A stretch of 64,000 nt of DNA from the human T2T-CHM13v2.0 reference genome, Homo sapiens, in the NCBI RefSeq assembly GCF_009914755.1, contig NC_060925.1, one strand, 5' to 3'. Positions 1-14,095 of the stretch are shown piece by piece. The stretch's first letter is position 1, and the number at the start of each line of letters is the position of its first letter. The notes under the pieces were generated by a model. It was not told the DNA's origin. It did not search any database and was given only the letters and a program-made list of their open reading frames with translations. The position numbers and the translations under genes are program-made.

Positions 1-188
1 TGAGAAGTGCTTATATTGCTGACTCCATTGCTTATTTGTGATCATATAAATCTCTTTTCTTCTTTCTCTAGTGTGATTTAAACTTAATCCTTAAAGAACA
101 TGTATTTCAGCTGGTTAGAGTTTTTTAGCTAGTAGAAACCTGAGTATATGAATCAAAGAAAACTGCTCCTTACATGCCACAGACTTAG

Positions 189-191
189 TTT

Positions 192-250
<59 letters not shown>
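189..250. repeat. (TTTC)n microsatellite
   Basis: About 15 perfect TTTC units; absent from the paralogous segment near 13190. Confidence 0.95.
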
Positions 251-1160
251 GTACTAAGATTTATTTTAGGTATAGTAATTTGTTAAAGCCAAGAGCTCCT
301 ATGGAATGAAGTTAGATGGGAGGGGGGCATTGAGTAGTAAGGTCATCCTTATAATAGAGATGCCACTCTTGCAGATATTGACAGCTATTGGGCCCAAAAA
401 ATTGTAACCAAATGTTGGAAAGACAAGATATGAGCAACTTCTGATTGCTGCAGTCTCAAATATCAAGAAATACCGTTATCCTCAGGACAATGAATACACA
501 ATCAAAAAAGACTCACAGACTAGATTAGCTGTCATGTATCATCAAACAGGGACTGGATCCTTGTCAAACACCACCCAACAGAGATTGTCCCCAGAAATTC
601 ACTTCATAACATCAAAACCAGAAACCCACATTGATGCCACTGATGGCAGAAATCAGTGATGCAAAAATGAGAGAGAGAGAAAGAGAGAGAGATAGAGGAA
701 GGATTTGTCCAATTACAATGCTTAGTATATAAAAGCAAATGAGATCAATTTTTGCTCATGAACACAGAAGAACTGAGGGAACAAGAGCCAATAGCTCTAA
801 GGATCCAAGTCTGCACCAGGGGCCTGCAGGATTCTGTTGGCTCCCATGATGGGTCTCAGATGGGCTAATTTTTATGGACATAGCCTCTGAAAAAAATTAG
901 TCAAGAAATAATATACAGACACTTATCTGCATGCCCATTCTCCATTAATATAGAAGGGAAACTGGCATTAGATGGTTTTCATCAAATAAAAGTAAAATCA
1001 AGATTTATAAATAAAAGAGGAAAGAGGAGAAAAAAATGTCTGGGACCATTGTGATTTTGCTCCCTTTGGATAAGTGACTTGGCAGAAGGCTGTCAAAGAG
1101 GTCACTGTGACCTGTCTTCTCTGGACCAATGTGACTTGGTCACCACAGGAAACAATTACA

Positions 1161-1790
<630 letters not shown>

Positions 1791-1830
1791 AAGAAACAAT
1801 TACAGATGTTGGAGGACTTTAAAATATCTC

Positions 1831-1984
1831 AGCCAGGTGCAGTGGTTCAGGCTGGTAATCCCAGCACTTTGGGAGACTGAGGCAAGAGGATCACTTGAGC
1901 CCAGGAGGCTGAGGCTTACAGTAAACTATGACCATACCACTGCACTGCAACCTGGGCAACAGAAAAAGACCCTATCTCAAAAAG
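1831..1984 (+). mobile_element. Alu monomer (FAM/FRAM-like)
   Basis: Single-monomer Alu homology ending CCCTATCTCAAAA. Confidence 0.75.
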
Positions 1985-2124
1985 TAAAATGTCTTAGAAG
2001 TTTAGCTGTCCATCCTATGCAACTGAATACCTGTGTGTGATGTCCACCATGTCCTCCTGTTGTACCTCCCCCTTACTTAAGCCAGGAAGGCACTTGTCCC
2101 GTTATTAGAATATCATTGGCACAT

Positions 2125-2684
2125 GGCCAGGCGTGCTGGCTCATGACTGTAATACCAGCATGTTGGGAGGCTGGTCAGGAGTTTGAGACCAGCCTGGCCA
2201 ACATGATGAAACCTTGTCTCTACTAAAAATACAAAAATTAGCCAGGTGTGATGGTACAGGCTTGTAAGCTGAGATCACTACAATGCACTCCAGCCTGGGC
2301 AACAGAGCAAGACTGTGTCTCAAAAAAAAAAAAAAAAAAAAGAAAGAAAATAATATTATGGGCACATATATAGAAAGTTTGTTAAGCCGGGTACGGTGGT
2401 TCACACCTGAAATCCCAGCACTTTGGGAAGCCAAGGCAGGCGAATCTCCTGAGCCCAGAAGTTGGGGTTCCTGGGGCCAACTTGGGCAACATTGCAAGAC
2501 CCTATCTAAAAAAAAAAGAAAGAAAAAGAAGTAGGATTTGATGGTGCACATCTGTAGTTCTAGCTATTCTGGAGGATCACTAGAGCCGGGGTGGCAGGGA
2601 TGGGCGGTGAGTTTGCAGTGAGCTGAGATCACGCCACTGCACTCCATCCTGGGTGACAGAGCGACACGTAGTCTCAAAAAAAAA
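2125..2684 (+). mobile_element. Two adjacent Alus (2125-2350 with internal deletions; 2385-2684)
   Basis: Alu 5' motifs and poly-A tails. Confidence 0.85.
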
Positions 2685-2833
2685 GGGAGGGGGGGGGAGA
2701 AAATCTGTTGTGTCGGCAAGTAAATGAAGAAAGGGACGTTATTAGAGTTGAGAAATAAATTGGAATATGATTTGGTACCTTTCCCACAGAAGATAAGTTT
2801 GCTAAATGTGCTGAAATTAGAAGCATTATATAA

Positions 2834-2970
2834 GACCCGGTGCAGTGGCTCATGCTTGTAATCCTAGCACTTTGGGAGACCTCGGAGGTGCCTGAGCCCA
2901 GGAGTTTGGGGACCAGCCTGGGCAATATAATGAAATCCTTTCTCTACAAAAATACAAAAGTTAGCTAGGC
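2834..2970 (+). mobile_element. Alu left arm, truncated
   Basis: Left-arm homology stops just after TACAAAAATACAAAAGTTAGCTAGGC. Confidence 0.8.
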
Positions 2971-2984
2971 CTTCCGGAAGCGAC

Positions 2985-3005
2985 AACTGATTGTGCCACA
3001 GAGAC
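2985..3005 (-). pseudogene. 21-nt fragment of the tRNA-Asn 5' end
   Basis: Reverse complement GTCTCTGTGGCACAATCAGTT; shares the GGCACAAT variant of the 3427-3500 copy. Confidence 0.75.
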
Positions 3006-3099
3006 ACAACCCTAGTGGCTTAGGACTCTGGGAAGATATAATCTCCCCCACTTATCTAGTGATCGATAATGCACGAACGCTTTAAAAGCTGGAGCAGGC

Positions 3100-3500
<401 letters not shown>

Positions 3501-3649
3501 ACGTAGTGTACCTTCTTCTGGGCGCTATAGGAAGGGTGCACTCACCAAACATTCCCCAACCCTCCCATCCTCAGAGCCCACCAGACAGTAGGACTGTGCA
3601 AGGCCTTGGAAAACCGGAGAGATTACAGCGGTGAATTGTGTTGGTCTCG

Positions 3650-4500
3650 TTGGAGACCCGCAGGTTGGGAGATTCTGGAACCAGGACGACCTTGCCCCTA
3701 GCCTGCTTTAGAAGCCCCCGGAAACGCCCCGGCCCCGACCCGGACCTGAGCCACCTGGGGGCCTAAGGGAAGCTGAATGCCCAGTGGGCTCCCGGGATGG
3801 CTCTTCCCGTTCTTTGCGCAGCCTTCACCCAGTGAGGGAGCCTGTGCCCACCCTGCCCAGTCACTTTCGAGGCCGCTGCGGAACTTCCGCTGCCATCTTC
3901 CGATCCTGTGTCCCGCACTGGGACACAGAGCAGGGATTGTGGTGAGGGTGGCTCGTGGGTCCTCTCGCGGAGAGCAGGGTCTGGCACTTACCAGCGCGCA
4001 CGACTAGGACTTGTTGAATTAATCCATTGCCCCTTTAGCTTTTAGTCCTTTGAAGGGCCCTGAAAATGGAAATCATGAAATATTTTTCCACGGGGAAGTT
4101 TTGTTTTGCTTTTGAGATAGGGTCTCGCTTGGTCGCCCAGGCTGGAGTGCAGTGGTGCAAACACTGCTCACTGCAGCTTCGACCTCCCGGGGGCCATCGT
4201 CGCCTTTAGCTTTTAGTCTCTTGAAGAACCCCAAGAATAGAAATCATGAGATTTTTCCATGGGGAAGTTATTTTTTCAAAGGGTCTATTCACGTTGATTT
4301 CTCAGCATCCCCTGGGGCGGGCAACGGGCAGGGCCTCCAGTGCACCTTTCTGCCGCGGTGGAGCCGCGGGGGCTCAGCTGGGCGGTGGTAGGGTCCTGAG
4401 GCAGAAGGGCAGGAGCGGGGGAAGGGAAAAGTAAAAGCAGGGAAAGAAGCCGGGGAGCGGTGGACCAGACATCCAGACCTCCCGAAGGCCTCTTGCAGAG
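3650..4500. promoter_or_regulatory. CpG-rich promoter-like region upstream of the tRNA-Asn copy
   Basis: High GC/CpG; CGGAACTTCCG (ETS-like) at 3879-3889 and GCCATCTT (YY1-like) at 3892-3899; paralogous to 22240-22980. Confidence 0.55.
4101..4193 (-). mobile_element. 5'-truncated Alu flanked by a ~76-bp direct repeat
   Basis: T-rich tail at 4101 plus right-arm sequence; flanks 4024-4100 and 4194-4269 are direct repeats. Confidence 0.85.
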
Positions 4501-5582
4501 GCACAGGCTGGATCTTCTGGAGGTGAGAATTGTTTTTTGTTGTTGTTGTTGAAGCAGAATAGGGAGGAACTGAGGGGAAAATTGAGAGAGAACACGGAAT
4601 AGCTCCAAACGCGAGGACCTATAACTCCCAAACAATAACATCTTCCAGAAGAACTAGACAGAAAACTAGGCATCTGGGAACCCTGAAATCCCAGGAGAAG
4701 TAGCATCATCATGACCCTCTGTGTTCCTTTTGGCAAAGGACTTGCTTCGTTTGTACAATTGTTTGTGTTTGTTAAATAAATAAAACCCTTTTCATGTATC
4801 TTTGAAAGTACATTGGCTCTATTATTTTATGGTTACAAATAATGCTGCAGTCATCATTCTTGTACACTTCTCATTGGCCACTGGTGTATTTCTATAGTGT
4901 AGAGGCCTGGAGAGCAGTTGCTCCAGCATAGTGTTTACATGGTTTTTATATCATTCCATTTTCTTTCCTTTCTTGGCTTATTATCTATAACTGTTTCTTT
5001 CATCTGGTCCACCGCTCCCTAGCTTCTTTTCCTGCTTTTGCTTTTTCAGTGATGGCTTTCGGGTTTCCAGAATACATCTTCATCAGTGCCATCAAGTGAC
5101 ATTATACCTCCCCTTCTGGCCATTATGCTAGTGTTGTCATGTAATTTGATTTTAGACATGTTACAAACCCCAGAATCCATTATTATTGCTTTTGTTTAAT
5201 CGGTCAAATTATTTTAAAAGATTTATATAATAAGAACATATATATTTAACTATGTACATACCAATTTCCAGTACTCTCCATTTCTTTATGTAGATCCAGT
5301 TTTCTGTCTGGTATCCTTATCCTTAGGCCTGGGGGACTCCTTTTGCATTTCTTGCAGTGTGGGTTGCTGAGTTCTTTCATTTTTTGTATGTCTTTAAATG
5401 TCCTCATTTCAGTCACATTCTGGAAAGATTTTTCATTTCGACATAGAATTCTAGGAAAACTTTATTTCTTTCAGTACTTTAGGATGTTGCCACTTTGTTT
5501 TTGTAAAACTGGCATAAAGTGGGCTTCCTGTACTTGTTATACAATTTTTGGAATGTGTATTTAAATTAAAAACATTAAAATG

Positions 5583-5699
5583 GGCTGGACGAGGTTGTTC
5601 ATGCCTGTAGTCCCAGCACTTTGGGAGGCGAACACAGGAAGATCAATTGAGGCCCAGAGTTGGAGACCAGTGTGGGCAAGATAGCAAGACCCTGTCTCT

Positions 5700-5742
<43 letters not shown>

Positions 5743-5750
5743 GTACATAC
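5583..5750 (+). mobile_element. Alu monomer (FLAM-like) with (CA)n tail
   Basis: Left-monomer homology followed by (CA)n at about 5702-5739. Confidence 0.8.
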
Positions 5751-5981
5751 ATTGTGAATGTCCTAGATTCATCTTAAGTTCCACCAACAGTGCACTTAAA
5801 GTAAAATGTGCCCAACCTGAGGGTCAAACCTATCTGCTGATGTGCAGTCTGTGTTTGTGAGACATTCTCAACAGCATTTGCTTTCCCTAGCATAGCGGTT
5901 TTCGTGTTTTCCTCATACCTGAATGTCTTAAGTGCAAAACCTGTCAGAAATCATTTCCTTTGCCAAAAGATTCTAAAATAC

Positions 5982-6231
5982 TTTTTTTTTTTTTGAGATC
6001 AGCTCACTGCAACTTCCACTTCCCACGTTCACAGGATTCTCCTGCCTCAGCCTCTGGAGTAGCTGGGACTACAGGCTGCCGCCACCATGCCCGGCTAATT
6101 CTTTTGTATTTTTAGTAGAGATGGGGTTTCACTGTGTTAGCCAGGATGGTCTCGGTCTCCTGACCTCCTGATCCGCCCGCCTCAGCCTCCCAAAGTGCTG
6201 GGATTACAGGCGTGAGCCACCATGCATGGCC
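5982..6231 (-). mobile_element. Alu (AluY/Sc-like) with internal deletion
   Basis: Poly-T then antisense Alu containing TGTTAGCCAGGATGGTCTC. Confidence 0.9.
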
Positions 6232-6646
6232 AAGGTTTGACTTTTATACACTCTTCTGAAAGGGGGGGTTGGCTAGTTTGAATTGCGTCGCGGGAATTTG
6301 CTGGCGCAAAACTCGCTGGGCAGGCTAGAGGGCTTACAGAAGCAGAAAGAAGGCAGTTAATCAAACTGACAGGTCTTGCAACGCAAGCATAGCTGGTGAC
6401 CTTGCAGCTGCACTGAAGGGAAGTCAGGAACTTACAAAACCAGAAATGGTAAGGGGGAAAGAGAAGGTAGTAAAGGCATTTGTTGTTTTTTCCTCTTATC
6501 CTTATCCGTGCTAGGGGCGGACTGTGTAGACAGAGTCTCTGGAACTCATTCCCTGGGGCTCTGTCTTTTCAGACAGTGTTATCAAGGATCTGCTAGGGCT
6601 CTATCTATTGCTGGTCTTGGAGTAAGTCAAGTACTGTGAAGCTCAG
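6232..6646 (-). mobile_element. Probable LTR fragment abutting the truncated U1 copy
   Basis: LTR-like composition with TATA-like GTATAAAAG on the minus strand at 6241-6249; family not identified. Confidence 0.4.
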
Positions 6647-6775
6647 TTATGCAGCTGAGCTTCACACATTAGGGGAAACAACAAGAGAACAGCACATCTG
6701 GAGTGCAATGGATGAGCCTCAAACTTAGGACGAATCACTTTGGTAACCATAGGATTTCCCCTGCCAGATAAGTGG
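6647..6775 (-). pseudogene. RNU1-92P: U1 snRNA pseudogene/variant, truncated at the Sm site
   Basis: Aligns to U1 nt ~1-126 (CCACTTATCTGGCAGGGGAAAT...CCATTGCACTCCAGATGTGCTG...TGCATAA); no Sm site or stem-loop IV; symbol is inferred from locus context only. Confidence 0.85.
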
Positions 6776-6815
6776 CAGTCCACATACCTCCGCCCTGCCA
6801 CAGCTCCATATGCCT

Positions 6816-6836
6816 CACCCTTTACACCCACGGTTA
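6816..6836 (-). promoter_or_regulatory. snRNA proximal sequence element (PSE) of the U1 pseudogene
   Basis: TAACCGTGGGTGTAAAGGGTG at -41 to -61, the same spacing as at the intact U1 gene; DSE octamer changed to GTGTAGAT at 6991-6998. Confidence 0.75.
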
Positions 6837-7628
6837 CTTGCCCTGAGAACCACCCCCGCCTATCCCCAACCACCCCAAGCCCTTCTAGCCCTAACACACA
6901 GCTGGGACTCTCACATCCACCAGCGGTCCTGGACTTGCTCCTACAGCACGGGGAATTCTCCCTGGCGAAGCAGCAACCCTGTGCTGCCTCATCTACACAG
7001 AAATGCCCTATCGGTGATGTCACCGACAGTGCCTTTCCCAGTCCCCTTCTGTTCTTCCGCCCCACCCTCTGCCACTCAGCCGACCAACACGCTGCCGGAG
7101 CAGGCGGGGGAAGTGACGTCTGCCTGTCCCTCCTTTCCTTCCCGCCTTGTCCTTTGGGGAGGTGCGCCAAGACCCTGCATCTAGTCTCTCCCAAAGAGGT
7201 GACTACTTAACCTGTGCCCTGCGGAGGAACCTTCTGGCGGCCAGCTGGAAGCCTGTGCACCCGTCTTCAAATAAAGGCTTTTAATTCGCAGACTAGAACG
7301 TTTAGGATTACAAAGAAAACTGGTTCCTTTCAAATCTGGTTATGTTTGTGAAATAGCATTCCGCTTAAAATTGGAAGCCCTTCAATATCAGGGAGAAATC
7401 ATATCTATGAAACTAGAGAGGCAAACCAGCCATCCTTACTGGTTTTACCAGTAGTAGTGTTATAAAGAAAGTTGTCCAATTTCATGAATCTTGTAGGTTT
7501 GGTTTTTTGTTTTTCAAATACAGTACTGTACAAAAAGGAAGCGGAATGTGGTTGCAGTCTTAATGTAATGCCTCTCTGGGCCTGAGAATTTGAAAAGGCT
7601 CACACTCCTCATAAAAGTTCTCTTCTTC

Positions 7629-7750
7629 GCCGGGACGGACAGTGGCTCACGCCTGTAATCCCAGCATTTTGGGAGGCCGAGGCGGGTGGATCACCTGAGG
7701 TCAGGAATTCGAGACCTGCCTGACTAACATGGTGAAACCCCGTCTCTACT
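7629..7750 (+). mobile_element. Alu left arm
   Basis: GCCGGGACGGACAGTGGCTCACGCC...CCCCGTCTCTACT. Confidence 0.85.
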
Positions 7751-7920
7751 GCATGGGAAATATTTATGTATATGCAACAAAAGGTATTTGCCACCACACA
7801 TACATCTCCCTGCTCAGCTAAATATGTCATCTAAAGTGATGTGATTATCTAGTACAACCTTAGCCAGTGAATAAATAGCTTTTTATTGAGCTGCAAAAGA
7901 GGCTGCAGTTTCAACAGCAG
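7751..7920 (-). mobile_element. ERV1-type env TM relic
   Basis: Minus-strand translation SLAKVVLDNHITLD/YLAEQGDVCVVANTFCCIYIN (immunosuppressive-like segment plus CX6CC) with a stop and a frameshift; more decayed ERV-like sequence extends to about 10020. Confidence 0.75.
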
Positions 7921-7922
7921 TG

Positions 7923-8086
7923 TTTTTCTTTCTTTTTCTTTCGAAGACAGTGTCTGGCTCTGTGGCCCAGGCTGGAGTGCAGTTGTGCCAGCACAGCTCA
8001 CTGCAGCCTCGAACTCCTGGGCTTAAGTGATCCTCCTGCCTCAGCCACAGAGTCACTGGGATTACAGGCCAGAGCCACCATGCCTG
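7923..8086 (-). mobile_element. Alu monomer
   Basis: Antisense single-monomer Alu. Confidence 0.8.
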
Positions 8087-8659
8087 ATTTTCATCAGCAA
8101 TGTTTCCTGAGGTTACAGAAAGATTTGTAATCCTGGGAGGAAACAGTCCCCTGAAGCAAAGTGTTCTCCCCCAAAAATGCAAAGAGCTATCTTCTTGATA
8201 GCGAGGCAGATAATTCTCAGGTTTTGCCCCACAGAATCTCTATCTAAAATAGAGCAGTGGTCATGACTAGTGAAAAGTTTGAGGGAACTCGCCCAATGTT
8301 GGGTTTCTTCAGAAATATATATATATTTACATAAATATATATTTATATATATATATAAATATATATCCAAATATCCTAAAAGACACTGCCCTTCATCATT
8401 CCATGCTGTTAGACATTTATAGGACCATGGATGGTGATCTCCTCCAGACAAAAATAAATGCTGGTGCAGAACAGGTAAGTGTACTATAATTTGAGTACAT
8501 CAGCTTTTGGGCATTTTAAACCATGGGTCAGACATGTTAGAGCAAGGGACCAGGTTGATAGCAAGAGGGAGTGTTTTCCTTTTAATTTTCCAATAGCAAA
8601 GTGATGTTTGCCACTGTCATTTCAGAGTGATATGACAATTTGTTGTTGTTGCTTGGTTT

Positions 8660-9230
8660 TGTGGGGTTTTTTGTTTGTTTGTTTTTGAGACAAGGTCTCA
8701 CTGTCACCCAGGCTGGAGTGTGGTGGCATGATCAGGGTTTACTTCTGCCTTGATCTCACGAATTCAAGCAAACCTCCTTACTAATCCTCCCAAGTAGCTG
8801 GGACTACAGGTGCGTGACACCACACCCTGGGGTGTGAACTGGGATTTGATGTTTTCAGTTGGCTCCCTAATGGAATAGGTTCCTTTACTATTCTGGAATA
8901 CAGATTGTCATTCTCGTGTGCATTATATTTCTACTACCCTGCTAATTTTTTTCTTTTTTTTTTTTTTCTTTTTAAGATGGAGTCTTGCTGTGTTGCCCAG
9001 GCTCTATTGCAGTGGCAGGATCTCAGCTCACTGCAACATCCACCTCCTGGGTTCAAGTGATTCTTTTGCTTCAGCCTCCTGAGTAGCCACCCGGCTAATT
9101 TTTGTATTTTTAGTAGAGACAGGGTTTCACCATGTTGGCAGGCCAGTCTCTAACTCCTTACCTCAAGTGATCCACCTGCCTCGGCCTCCCAAAGTGCTGG
9201 GATTACAGGCATGAGCTACCACGCCTGGCT
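8660..9230 (-). mobile_element. Two antisense Alus (8660-8826 partial; 8945-9230)
   Basis: T-rich tails followed by antisense Alu bodies. Confidence 0.85.
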
Positions 9231-10032
9231 CTCAAACCATTTTGAGTAAGCAAAGACAGATATGTCTGGCTTTTTAGTACGTTGCTGAATTAGCCTCCAA
9301 TCTATATTTTTAGGAAGGACCTGGGGAATGGCAACATGGAGATATTTGGCTAAAATGTGAACCTTTCATGTTCTGCTTCAGTCTCTTTTTGAAAATCCTT
9401 CCAATTTGCCTTTTGCAACCAGTTAGTGGCCTTGCCTTCTTCACCATCATGTGAATTAATTGATAAAGGTCAGAATATTTGGGCTCAAAGATTTCAACAG
9501 TTAAGTCAAATTTTCTGCCACACCCTGTGGGATCTTGGAGCCTGCTTTAGAAACAGAAGAGCGAAATGTATTTAAATTTAGATCAGGGAAGTCCTTTATA
9601 ATCTTAATTCACGTTTTGGTGAAGCGGTATACACAATGGTAGGCTCCCCTCTTCCTGTGGGTTTGGGTTTTACCTTGAAAGGGGCTGTCAGAACAGAAGT
9701 TTCAGGGAAGGGGCCAGAGCTCTGGGGACTTTCCTCAGGTGATGGTAATGGAAGAAGAGGCAAGGCAGGACAGGAAGGCTCAGGTAAGAAAGACTATGCA
9801 GGTGCAGGGGCAGGAGGAAAAGGAGCAGTTGGAGGCGAAAGAGACAAAGCCTCCTCAATATTTCTCAATTCAGAAAATGTCAGTTTACCTCCTTCAGCTT
9901 ATTTCCTCAATGGAGGCAATTTTCTCAGTTCTTTTAGAAATTTAGAAATTTAGAAATTTAGAAATTTCTAGGTCTCATTGGAAGTAAGTCTCCCATTTAA
10001 TTTGTCTGGTTGTAAAACCAAATTTCTCTCCC

Positions 10033-10660
10033 TTTTTTTTTTTTTTTTTTTTTTTTGAGACATGGTCTCACTATGTCACCCAGACTGGAGTGCAGTAGTG
10101 TGATCTCAGCTCACTGCACACTGCACTCACTGCTTGCTGCATGACAGCCAGTAAGTCCAGGGACAAGGTGTAGGGGCAGGGAAGGTGACTTTATTCCAGA
10201 GAGCCACCAAACTGAAGAGATGGTGAACAAATATTCTAAAGAACCATCTTAAATTAATATGATTTTCAGGCTCCTTGTACGTTAGGGAAGGGAGGAAGAA
10301 GGAGGTGGTTGAGGTGAAGAGGTCTGACAATGACAGACTTATGGGCTGCAGTGAGAGCCAAAGGGGATGGTGAAAATTCTTTGTCTTTTGTCAGGTCACA
10401 ATGCTCTTATAAATCTTCAACATAACACTGTTACTTGTGCATACAACCTCTTTATCTTTTCAGGAGTCAGTTTGGGGAAGGGATTATGATCATCTGTGTT
10501 TTAAAGTTAAACTGTAAGCTAAATCCCTCCCATAGATAGCTCGGGAGGGGCCTATCTGCAGAAATAAGGAAAAGCAGTTGGCCTGAAAGATATCACCACA
10601 GGGCAGGAAGGGTTAGGAGCAAAATGCAGTTAGTCATGCTAAGCCTCCTTTTCATTGCTA
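10033..10660 (-). mobile_element. Alu fragment (10033-10118) plus ERV1-type LTR fragment
   Basis: Poly-T and Alu right-arm end, then LTR-like sequence with minus-strand AATAAA near 10191-10196. Confidence 0.55.
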
Positions 10661-10695
10661 TGTATTTAATTTACTTGAACACATAATTTTAATTT

Positions 10696-10980
10696 TATAT
10701 ATATATATATATTTTTGAGACAGAGTCTCACTCTGTCACCCAGGCTGGAGTGCAGTGGCATGATCTTGGCTCACTGCAACTTCTGCCTCCCTGGTTCAAG
10801 CAATTCTCCTGACTCAGCCTTCTGAGTAACTGGGATTACAGGAGCCCACAACCATGCCTGGCTAATTTTTGTATTTTTAGTAGAGACAGGGTTTCACCAT
10901 GTTGGCCAGGCTGGTCTCGAACTCCTGACCTTGGGCTCCCAAAGTGCTGGGATTACAGGCATGAGCCACTGCGCCCAGCC
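10696..10980 (-). mobile_element. AluS-type element with (TA)n tail
   Basis: Antisense dimeric Alu. Confidence 0.9.
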
Positions 10981-11048
10981 TAACTAAGATCATTAAACCA
11001 TTCTAATTTGTCAAAAGAGTCACACTGATTTTTGAAAAATAATGTAAT

Positions 11049-11382
<334 letters not shown>

Positions 11383-11593
11383 TCATGTCTTTATATATTA
11401 AATATTTACATTATTTAAATTGTTCAAAAGCATCAAAGATTCCTCTCTATCAACTTCATTTCATTTATTTTATTGTACCAAACTATCAAGACCATTAATT
11501 TAATCTACAGCTAAATCTATTATTTTTTCATGTTAGAAATTCCACAAGACAATTTTTCCCTAATGAAACCTCACATTTCAAGCATCCTAAGTA

Positions 11594-11893
11594 GGCTGGG
11601 CGAGGTGGCTCACACCTGTAATCCCAGTACTTTGGGATGCTGACAGGTGCATAACTTGAGGTCAGGAGTTTGAGACCAGCCTGGGAAAAATGGTGAAACC
11701 CTGTCTCTACTAAAGCTATAAAAATTAGCTGGGCATGGTGGCATGCGCCTGTAATCCCAGCTACTCTAGAGGCTGAGGCAGGGAAATAGCTTCAACCTGG
11801 GAGGCGGAGCTTGCAGTGAGCTAAGATCGCACTACTGCACTCTAGCCTGGGCTACAGAGCAAGACTCTGCCTCAAAAATAAATAAATAAATAA
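11594..11893 (+). mobile_element. AluS-type element
   Basis: Full dimer with (AAAT)n tail. Confidence 0.92.
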
Positions 11894-11934
11894 TCATAAG
11901 TAGTAAAAAAGTAAAATGAAATAAAAAATAAGGC

Positions 11935-12518
11935 ACAGTGTCTTGCTCTGTTATCCAGGCTAGAGTGCAGCAGGACAATCATAGCAGACCAACTTGGAAC
12001 TTCTGGGCTCAGGCAATCCTCCTGGTTCAGCTTGCCTTGCATTTTTTTAGAGATGGGGTCTTGCCCTGTTGCCCAGGCTGGTCTCCAACTGCTGGCCTAA
12101 AGCAATCCTTCTGCCTCAGCCTGTTGAGTTGCTGGGAGTACAGGTGCAAGACATGCAGCCTAGCATTGTAGTAAAACAATTTTCAACAAATTCTTAATTT
12201 TCTTTCTTTTTCTTTTCTTTTTTTTTTTTTTTTTTTTTTTTTTTTGAGTTGGGCGTCTTACTCTTTCACCCAGGCTGCAGGGCAGTGGTGCAATAATAGT
12301 TCACTGCAGCCTGCCTCAGTCTCCCTAGTAGCTGAGATTACAGTCATGCATTATCATGCCCAGCCAACTTTAAAAAAATTAGCTAATACTTAAAAATTTG
12401 TAGAGACAGGGGTTTCACTATGTTGCCCAGGCTGGTCTTCAACTCCTAACCTCAATTGATTGTCCCTCCTCAGCCTACTAAAGTGCTGGGATTGCAGCCA
12501 TGAGCCACCATACCTGGC
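11935..12518 (-). mobile_element. Two old antisense Alus (11935-12163; 12199-12518)
   Basis: Diverged AluJ-like bodies; long poly-T at 12218-12245. Confidence 0.8.
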
Positions 12519-13007
12519 TTAATTTTCTTATTTTAATCTTATGTAAGTGATTATTATTGTTCCTAAGATAATTGGGGCAGTGACTCCTTTAAAATTTTAG
12601 AGACCTAATTTATCTATTCACTTCACTGAAAGAGTATGCCAATTTGTTTCATGAGAAAATACCCTACATTCATAAAGCAGGAAAATTCCTTCCACCAAAC
12701 TAGGGGGCATTCTAAAGAAACAAATTTTGCTAAGTAACATCACTTAAGGTGAAAACAGAGACAATGGTATCTATTAACAATGTTTATCAGTGAAGGAAAT
12801 AAACTGAAAATATTAACATCATTAGATCCTTGGAGGGCCTTCATTGCTGAAAAATCTGAGTAATATTGTGATACCCTTTTGAGTCCGGCAGGACATTCTC
12901 TTTCCAGGGCATATAACAATGGGTGAATAATTTCTTTTCATTCATTTTCATTAAGGGCTGAACTTCCTTAATGTTCTGGAGATTATTAAATTTGATTTGT
13001 ATAGTTG

Positions 13008-14095
<1,088 letters not shown>

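Noticed and set aside
4523-4557. GAG|GTGAGA donor paired with the nearby AAGCAG acceptor
   Set aside because: A 35-nt intron is too short for the human spliceosome; the acceptor fits the upstream donor better.
6643-7210. 156-183 aa ORFs that resemble the ORFs at 15635-16108
   Set aside because: Chance frames over GC-rich U1 promoter paralogs; the similarity reflects DNA duplication and the frames are not preserved between copies.
7751-7920. env TM motif as a possible co-opted (syncytin-like) gene
   Set aside because: Short fragment with a stop and a frameshift, bounded by Alus.
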